Virus record (IMG/VR): IMGVR_UViG_3300031918_000005
Coordinates: 32,001-96,000 of that record
Length of the DNA: 64,000 nucleotides
Reading direction: 5' to 3' (one strand)
Source: a virus
The notes beneath the pieces were generated by a model. That model made no database searches and was not told the DNA's origin. It saw only the letters and a program-made list of their open reading frames with translations. This document shows positions 57,387 through 64,000 of this stretch, piece after piece. The translations under genes were made by a program, and so were the position numbers. Positions within the stretch are counted from its first letter, which is position 1; each line of letters opens with the position of its first letter.

Positions 57387-58604
57387 TCACCAAAGAGAGT
57401 TGAATGTTATTAATGATGAAGGTATCTCTTTTAGACCTATGGCAACAAGTATTCTATTGATATACGACAGATAATTTGACATAAATTGTATATCATATGA
57501 TACTGGATATTTTTGTAAAAACTGTGGTGGTATAACTCCAATAGGGAATGCAAAAACATCAATTATGGGGCTTGTTGTATAATACCATTGTATTTTATCA
57601 CCAGATTTTATTATAGAATATTTTTGTTTTATTTCATCAGGTGCAAGCGATATTTCGTTATTGTATTGAGCAATCGCTCTGATGTGAATAGGAGAACCAG
57701 CAACGTATTTTATATTATTATCAGAGCATTCAAGTATATATTTACCAAGATTATTAACTCTTTGAGTACTTAATATATTAATTATATCTATATGTGTGAA
57801 TTCTTCTTTTATGTTCCTGATTTTATCAACAATAATATTATAATCTATAATATCTGTCTTAATTATACAGTCAATTATAATTTCCTTAAGTTTTTCACGA
57901 ATAAATTTAGGTACAGATGTTTGATTCATTTCAAGACCAATAGCCTTTACATTTTCATATCTTCCAAATGTTGTTCCATTTTCCCAAATAAGTTCCTTAA
58001 CATATCTTTTTTTAGATGATATCAAGAATTTACCTATAATTTGTTCAAATGTTAATTTAAGGCACGGCATACCCGATATTCTTTTTTGGAATCCACCATG
58101 TAAACTTATGAAATGAGACAACATATGCTCAAGTGCTGGATATAAGTCGATTTTGTTTAATTTCAGGACAAAATCTTCAATAGTACCTTTATAATCAGTA
58201 TGGCTAATTATCTTACCATAATTTACAAACACCGAATCAGTATCACCATAAATTACAATATCTTCAGTTATTGGAGTAACATATGTTATACCAAGTTGTT
58301 CATGAATATGTGGTATATTAGGAAATCTTTCCTTGAAATATTTATTAAACCAAAATTTGGTGTACTTTATAACGTATGCCGATTGAGTAGATATAGAAGA
58401 AGCTACATATTTGTCATAAAGTATAAATGAAGAAAACCCAAATACGCCATATATAGAATTGAGGATTTTCTTTAAAGATAAATCCTCGCTCTTTTTTGAA
58501 AATTGTAAATTTTGAAGTCTAGTTATTTCATCATTGATTTCTTGTTCAGTTACTTCTTGACCTTTTTCAAACTTACAGTATTTTAAATCCAAATCATATA
58601 TCAT
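57387..58604 (-). CDS. family B DNA polymerase, C-terminal subunit (split gp43)
   Basis: KKILNSIYG, YGDTDS, KKRY present; no exonuclease or DxxSLYPS motif. Confidence 0.85.
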   Translation of the reverse strand: MIYDLDLKYCKFEKGQEVTEQEINDEITRLQNLQFSKKSEDLSLKKILNSIYGVFGFSSFILYDKYVASSISTQSAYVIKYTKFWFNKYFKERFPNIPHIHEQLGITYVTPITEDIVIYGDTDSVFVNYGKIISHTDYKGTIEDFVLKLNKIDLYPALEHMLSHFISLHGGFQKRISGMPCLKLTFEQIIGKFLISSKKRYVKELIWENGTTFGRYENVKAIGLEMNQTSVPKFIREKLKEIIIDCIIKTDIIDYNIIVDKIRNIKEEFTHIDIINILSTQRVNNLGKYILECSDNNIKYVAGSPIHIRAIAQYNNEISLAPDEIKQKYSIIKSGDKIQWYYTTSPIIDVFAFPIGVIPPQFLQKYPVSYDIQFMSNYLSYINRILVAIGLKEIPSSLITFNSLW

Positions 58605-58605
58605 A

Positions 58606-59184
58606 TCAATTAAACCAATTAAGTTCAGTTTTTCCTTTATACCCTTTTTCCATTACAATCCACATATACGCAATAGCCGATGAATTTTTGTCAATTATTC
58701 CTCCTTTACATCCATGTATTCTACTTGTTGAAACCAATATAGTTTTAGGTGGATTATTATCAAAAAATTTTCTTCTTTCTTTTCCTTCTAAAAATGCTAA
58801 TCTTAAGAAAAATGCAACTTTATAGCCTTCTTCCAATATATCATAAGCATGTCTTAGAAATTTCAATGCCTCTTTGTATGGAGGGTTTGTTATTATATTA
58901 CCACTAAATTTTTGTGTACAATCTAAAAAATTTACTCCCGATTTACAAAACCCTCTATCATACAAATCATAACTTACGACATTGTATCCTTTTTCAATCA
59001 ATATTTTTGATATATGTCCTTCCCCAGCACATGGTTCAAGTACAGGAATTTGTATATCAAAAAATTCATTTTGTAAAAGTCCATTTGTAGCAATTGGATT
59101 TGTAGCATAGAAATCATCTTTCTCTCTTTCCGTAAGTGAATGATTGCTACATCCATTCATAACAAAAACATTGACTTTATCCAT
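58606..59184 (-). CDS. DNA N6-adenine methyltransferase
   Basis: DFYAT, LEPCAGEGHI, ITNPPY. Confidence 0.8.
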   Translation of the reverse strand: MDKVNVFVMNGCSNHSLTEREKDDFYATNPIATNGLLQNEFFDIQIPVLEPCAGEGHISKILIEKGYNVVSYDLYDRGFCKSGVNFLDCTQKFSGNIITNPPYKEALKFLRHAYDILEEGYKVAFFLRLAFLEGKERRKFFDNNPPKTILVSTSRIHGCKGGIIDKNSSAIAYMWIVMEKGYKGKTELNWFN

Positions 59185-60563
59185 TAATTATTCTGATTGA
59201 ATATGCCATTAAATTCCTTTATTCCTTTGTTATATTCTTTCAAGTCGTTTTGATTTATATTAGCCATGAAATCCATTACATCATTATCAACCATGACTTC
59301 AGAAATCGATAAAGGTCGTTTCAATTTGATACCTGCAAGAGTTGTACATCTTGATAATGCAACGTATGTCTGACCAGTATCAAAAATACCTCTTTCACCA
59401 GTATCAATTGTATATTGCTCGATTGTGCAGGATTGTGATTTATGAATAGACATAGCATAACCGATTGATATCGGATATTGAGAGAATTTACCAACACCAA
59501 TAGATTTTACTTCTCTTGATATAGGGTTGTATTCATATTTTTCTGAATTGAATTCAACTTTATCAAGTGATATCAAATCATCATTATCAAGACGAATTAT
59601 AAGTTGGGAATTTTTGAAATCAATTAATGTACCCATAGTACCATTGATATATTTTCCATTATCTTTGTCGTTTGCTCTAACCATAACCCTTGTACCAATC
59701 TTAACTTTAATAATTTCATCAACAGCACATTGCTTAAGGTTAAAATTTCCTTCTGCTTTACCAATTAATGTAATCCAATCGGATTTTATATCATCAAGTT
59801 TTTGATTGTTATAAAATTCAACATCTTTATTGTATGTACATAAAATAATGGCATTATCATTGATTTCATTATTAATCATGATTTCATTAAATTCAAAAAG
59901 TTGTGAACGAGTTATAGTTCCATATTTTATTGAATTCAAAAAGTTGATGAATTTCTCATCTTTTTGTCGGAATATTTTAGTGAAATTTATGGTTGTTATA
60001 GGCACAAACTCAAATGGTTTGGCTGAATAAAAATATTTTGTATCAAATGTATGTTTTATATAGTCAATTTCGGATTTATCAGATAAAACTGGTGGTAATT
60101 GGTAAAGGTCACCAACAAGAATAAGTCTTTTACCACCAAAAAATTCGTCAATACCAAGTGCTTTTCTGTAAAATTCATCAATAGCTGACATCATGAGTGA
60201 TGACACCATAGAAATTTCATCAATAACTATTGTGTCAGGAATAGAATATTTTTCAATATTCATATGTGGTTTATGTATGTTACAAGGGAATAATGGTTTA
60301 GGTGGAAATCCAAAATAGGAGTGAATTGTTTCACATTCTATACCATCAACACGAAGATTATTTGCAGCTACACCAGTTGGTGATAAAACAATATAATCTT
60401 TTATATTCGATAATAACCATTTAAGGAATGTTGATTTACCAGTACCAGCAGAACCAGTTATAAAAAACACTCCTCTATCTGTCATAATTTGGTTGTAAGC
60501 AGATTTAAATTCATCTGTAATTTCCAACCAGTCTGGTTTTACTGTATTTTCAAATTCAATCAT
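59184..60563 (-). CDS. PIF1/RecD-like SF1B helicase
   Basis: GSAGTGKS, IDEISMV, GDLYQLPPV, SIHKSQ, YVALSR. Confidence 0.9.
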   Translation of the reverse strand: MIEFENTVKPDWLEITDEFKSAYNQIMTDRGVFFITGSAGTGKSTFLKWLLSNIKDYIVLSPTGVAANNLRVDGIECETIHSYFGFPPKPLFPCNIHKPHMNIEKYSIPDTIVIDEISMVSSLMMSAIDEFYRKALGIDEFFGGKRLILVGDLYQLPPVLSDKSEIDYIKHTFDTKYFYSAKPFEFVPITTINFTKIFRQKDEKFINFLNSIKYGTITRSQLFEFNEIMINNEINDNAIILCTYNKDVEFYNNQKLDDIKSDWITLIGKAEGNFNLKQCAVDEIIKVKIGTRVMVRANDKDNGKYINGTMGTLIDFKNSQLIIRLDNDDLISLDKVEFNSEKYEYNPISREVKSIGVGKFSQYPISIGYAMSIHKSQSCTIEQYTIDTGERGIFDTGQTYVALSRCTTLAGIKLKRPLSISEVMVDNDVMDFMANINQNDLKEYNKGIKEFNGIFNQNN

Positions 60564-60627
60564 TTTCTCTCTTTTAATTTCTCTCTTTTATATTAAAATC
60601 GAAAAAAGATAATCACGATTCATGTAT

Positions 60628-61401
60628 TCATGCTTCATAACTTCCTTCAGCATTAAGAAGTCTACTCAATGGAACCCTATTACCATCTCTAAGTTCTTTA
60701 GGATTTGATTGATTAAGTGAATTGATTATTGAATTTGTTATGAGTGAAGTTAAAAAAGAAAATGCATTGGATGATTTATTCATAGTGTATCTAATACAAT
60801 TATCGCTTAATATTTCTGTTTGCTGGTATTTATCTTCTAAAATTACATTTTGAAGTCTATTTTTATCACCAATAAAATAAAAATCAACACAAGAAAATAT
60901 CGATATATCATGCTTGTTATAGATATCAATTATAGATAATTTCTTTTGTACTGTATAATTTGTACATTTTACAACGCCTTTGGGTTGGTATTTTTCTTTT
61001 ATAAGATTAACAACATTTTTCAAGGTCATATTTTCGTTTTTCCCAATAGCCACTGTATCACTATCAAAATTTTCTTTTTCATCAAAATTTATTTCAATGT
61101 CGGAATAATTTTCAATATGAATAATAATCTTATCACCAGCAACCAAATTTTGTTGAAGTTTTATTGCTAAACAATTGTAAATATTGAATGTTTTCCAATA
61201 TTTACAAAAATCATATGTTGCTGTTGAAATAGCATCTTCACGAATATCATCCGTTGCAAGATAAAACCTTTTACCGACATGCAAGCAATGTTTTCTAAAC
61301 ATTACTAAAAATTCTTTACTTAAATCATCTTGAAGTACACATTTTCTTAATTCTTCGTCATACTTATCTTCGTCAAGATAATGGTTAGATTTTTTAGCCA
61401 T
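60628..61401 (-). CDS. late sigma factor (gp55-like) with insertion
   Basis: NHYLD, REDAIS...KYWKTFN, KSSNAFSFLT. Confidence 0.65.
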   Translation of the reverse strand: MAKKSNHYLDEDKYDEELRKCVLQDDLSKEFLVMFRKHCLHVGKRFYLATDDIREDAISTATYDFCKYWKTFNIYNCLAIKLQQNLVAGDKIIIHIENYSDIEINFDEKENFDSDTVAIGKNENMTLKNVVNLIKEKYQPKGVVKCTNYTVQKKLSIIDIYNKHDISIFSCVDFYFIGDKNRLQNVILEDKYQQTEILSDNCIRYTMNKSSNAFSFLTSLITNSIINSLNQSNPKELRDGNRVPLSRLLNAEGSYEA

Positions 61402-61404
61402 AAT

Positions 61405-63105
61405 TTATTCCTCTTTTTTATCGGTTATTTCTTCGATTTTTATAACTTTTTGAATATTATATTCTTCTTCTGTCAAGATACCAAATTTATCAACATATAG
61501 ATATTTTTGAGAGTACATCGCTTCACCTTTATCATTCTTAATAGCTTCATATGATTTTATAATTTCAAGTTTTTTCTTGACAGTCATATTTTGTTTTGCA
61601 TCTTCTATTAAGAAGTTGGCATTATGTTTTATACCATAAGAAGTTTTGAATGATTTATCAACTTTCAATTCTTTAAATTTCAGCAAACAATTTATATAAA
61701 CTGGTGCTGATAAAACTTGATTGAAAGATGTCATCATTCTATTAATGAAATTAAAATATGATAAATCTTCATATGATAAATTATCATCGGCATAGAAAAT
61801 AACTCTACCACCACCCGAAGAGTCATCTTTATTGAATCTTTTTCGTGGCAATCTTGATATATTATTAAGTTGTTTATCAAAATAATCAACAACTTTCATA
61901 TTAGTAAGGTCTGGTCCATCCTGTTTAAGTGTATCAATTTGTGATTGAGAATTATTAACAGAAGGTATAACTATATTTCTTGAGTAAGATATTGATGCTT
62001 GGCCATTTACTGTTACTTCTCCACTATCAAAGTCAATAAGTAATGTTTCTTTATAGTGATTAACAAATTTTCTCAAAGCCTCAAGTGCTTTATCTGTTGT
62101 TTTATTACCAACTGGTACAACCATTTTGATTCTCGATTGGCAATTCATAATAAACCATCCAACAGTTGCATCTTCCATCTTCCTTTTTAAATTAAAATCA
62201 CGAAGAAGTCGTTCAACATATGATAAATTGCCAGTTGAATCAATGTCAAGGTATGGAATATACAAAACTTGATTTTCTGAAAGTATAACTTTAGCACCAA
62301 TCATTTTTTCATATTCCCAAGCTTTAAGTTTCTTTTCTCCATAACGAATATCAACATATCTCAACTTATTGGGGTCTATTTCATTAAATCCAAGAATTTT
62401 AATCGGATATAAATCTTCTTTTTCTTCACCATTAATATTGAATTTGCTATTAGCAAAGGTTTCTAATATATATTCAAATCTAGTGATACCATTATTAATT
62501 TTTGTTATTTTGTTTGTATGTATTACTTTGTTGTATTTTATCTTTGATTTTTCTTCAGTAAACGATTCATTTACTTTAATAAGAGTTTGCTTAAGCTTTG
62601 TAATTTGGTCATTCAATTCTTCTTTTGTTTTGAACTCATAAATTATTTCATATGCCAAACAACCATCAACAAGCCATTGTCTATATTTTTTCCAAGCAAC
62701 ATTATCATTATCAAAATCCAATAATGAATAAATATCACTGAATGATTCTTTAATATATTCTCTTATATTCTCTTGGTATTTTTCGTTGACGAATTTAACA
62801 TCACAATAACGATTGTATTCATCTGTTATTACTGAATCATCACAAATACAATCAAGAATATATTCAATTTCAGGATAATTAGCAAATTTTCGTAAATAAT
62901 TCCTTTTTTCAGGATAAGAAGATTTGGAATAAGAATTGGTATCAACATCTTGTGTAGCACCATTAGCAAATGAACTGTATGCTCTATACAATTCATCTTC
63001 ATATGTTACAGAATTTGTTTCCTTTATAATTGTGTAATCAATACCTATATTTGTTAATCTCTCTGTGAGTTTTGTTATTGGTCTGAAGATTATTGGTGTG
63101 GGCAT
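61405..63105 (-). CDS. portal protein (gp20-like)
   Basis: LRKFANYPEIE, WLVDG, LSYVERL...MED, SRLPRKRF. Confidence 0.85.
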   Translation of the reverse strand: MPTPIIFRPITKLTERLTNIGIDYTIIKETNSVTYEDELYRAYSSFANGATQDVDTNSYSKSSYPEKRNYLRKFANYPEIEYILDCICDDSVITDEYNRYCDVKFVNEKYQENIREYIKESFSDIYSLLDFDNDNVAWKKYRQWLVDGCLAYEIIYEFKTKEELNDQITKLKQTLIKVNESFTEEKSKIKYNKVIHTNKITKINNGITRFEYILETFANSKFNINGEEKEDLYPIKILGFNEIDPNKLRYVDIRYGEKKLKAWEYEKMIGAKVILSENQVLYIPYLDIDSTGNLSYVERLLRDFNLKRKMEDATVGWFIMNCQSRIKMVVPVGNKTTDKALEALRKFVNHYKETLLIDFDSGEVTVNGQASISYSRNIVIPSVNNSQSQIDTLKQDGPDLTNMKVVDYFDKQLNNISRLPRKRFNKDDSSGGGRVIFYADDNLSYEDLSYFNFINRMMTSFNQVLSAPVYINCLLKFKELKVDKSFKTSYGIKHNANFLIEDAKQNMTVKKKLEIIKSYEAIKNDKGEAMYSQKYLYVDKFGILTEEEYNIQKVIKIEEITDKKEE

Positions 63106-63158
63106 AACATTTTATATTATTTAAATGGGGTTGATAAAGTAATATATGATCTTATATT

Positions 63159-63195
63159 AAAAAGGCCTGAAATTATTCAAATTTCAGGCCTTTTT
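63159..63195. terminator. intrinsic terminator
   Basis: AAAAAGGCCTGAAAT...ATTTCAGGCCTTTTT. Confidence 0.85.
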
Positions 63196-63215
63196 ATGAT
63201 TATTGTTAATAGTAT

Positions 63216-63929
63216 TTATTTTTTGCTTCTTTTTGCTTTTTTGCTTTCAAAAATAGCTTTACGATAACGTTTTTTGATTGATTCATTAATTTTTTCTTTG
63301 ATTCCATCTTTACAAGCTTCATCAATATTTTCTTGTGAGTCAACGATTGTATCAACAGCAGTTTCGATTACATCTTCAACAACATCCGCAGGAACTTCGG
63401 CTTCAACCAAAGTATCAACGAGTTCTCCAACTGAAATTTCTCCACCTTCTAATTCACTTGCAGCAGCGATTATTTGGTCTTTAACTTCATCGGTTATGGA
63501 TTCAGTATCGGTAAGAATTTGCTCAATATCACCAGCTTCAATTGCTTTATCGTCAACTATCTCATCGGCTTGTTCTTCTGTGATTTCTGTGATAGGAGTA
63601 TCTGATGCTGGAACTTCTTTTTCAACAACTTCATTTGATAAAAGAACTTCAGGGTCATATTGTTGACCATCTTCAGAAACAAAATAACCATAATCAGAAA
63701 CAAAAGTTCCTTGATTATTTTCAAAAGTTCCTTGTTCATCTTTGTATGTAAGAACAGAGCCAGCTGGTAAAACAACTCCACCATCAATTTCCAAATCTTC
63801 TTTTGTTGTATAAGTATCACCTTCAACAAGTTCTACTCCATATTTTTCAGACACAAAATTTTCAAAACACGGAACTCGACCAGTACCTATTTTTGATTTA
63901 AAACTTTCATTGATTTTATAAGTTTTCAT
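63216..63929 (-). CDS. acidic prohead core/internal protein (MKTYKINE leader)
   Basis: very acidic; INES/IFES motifs; late motif at 63965-63976; upstream of portal. Confidence 0.6.
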   Translation of the reverse strand: MKTYKINESFKSKIGTGRVPCFENFVSEKYGVELVEGDTYTTKEDLEIDGGVVLPAGSVLTYKDEQGTFENNQGTFVSDYGYFVSEDGQQYDPEVLLSNEVVEKEVPASDTPITEITEEQADEIVDDKAIEAGDIEQILTDTESITDEVKDQIIAAASELEGGEISVGELVDTLVEAEVPADVVEDVIETAVDTIVDSQENIDEACKDGIKEKINESIKKRYRKAIFESKKAKRSKK

Positions 63930-64000
63930 AAGTAATAATTTTTTAAATGATTTTTTAAATGATTTTTAATTATTTAGTGGAATTAGTATTTTTAATTGGA

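Noticed and set aside
8114-63829. Many short antisense or alternate-frame ORFs in the track (e.g. 8114-8572, 13677-14030, 54689-55123, 63274-63666)
   Set aside because: They are shadows of well-supported genes, with composition explained by the real reading frame.
1-64000. Stop-codon recoding (TAG to Gln) as in some Bacteroidota jumbo phages
   Set aside because: Long core genes are intact under the standard code, and TAG ends at least one gene (49875).
1-64000. tRNA/rRNA/tmRNA genes
   Set aside because: No intergenic cloverleaf with T-loop and acceptor stem was found by eye; tRNAscan-SE or ARAGORN would confirm.

Overview
AT-rich, gene-dense 64-kb segment of a large T4-like (myovirus, probably jumbo) phage genome. 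It uses the standard genetic code. The host is probably a Bacteroidota member (inferred from A-rich leaders without Shine-Dalgarno motifs and a Bacteroidota-like C-terminal sorting tail). Virion genes are scattered: portal, prohead protease-scaffold fusion, major capsid, tail sheath, tube-like protein, gp5, gp25, gp2, gp4 and a tape-measure-like protein. They are mixed with replication genes (primase, clamp loaders, RNase H, RuvC-like resolvase, PIF1 helicase, PolB C-terminal half, ThyA, dNMP kinase), DNA-modification genes (Mom-like, adenine MTase) and two sigma-like genes. Highlights: (1) a family of unrelated small proteins sharing an N-terminal MKKLKxFE leader that ends in the probable head-protease cleavage motif, i.e. 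a candidate capsid-targeting/cargo system clustered with an Acb1-like enzyme and gp2; (2) four copies of a sigma54-type (-24/-12) promoter with TGTCA/TGACA enhancer-like clusters; (3) a terminase N-fragment ending in a short split N-intein, next to a split DNA polymerase; (4) a ~60-bp dispersed degenerate repeat in six copies; (5) two candidate structured ncRNAs. No tRNA, rRNA or CRISPR array was seen. All calls come from motif recognition by eye; no database searches were run.
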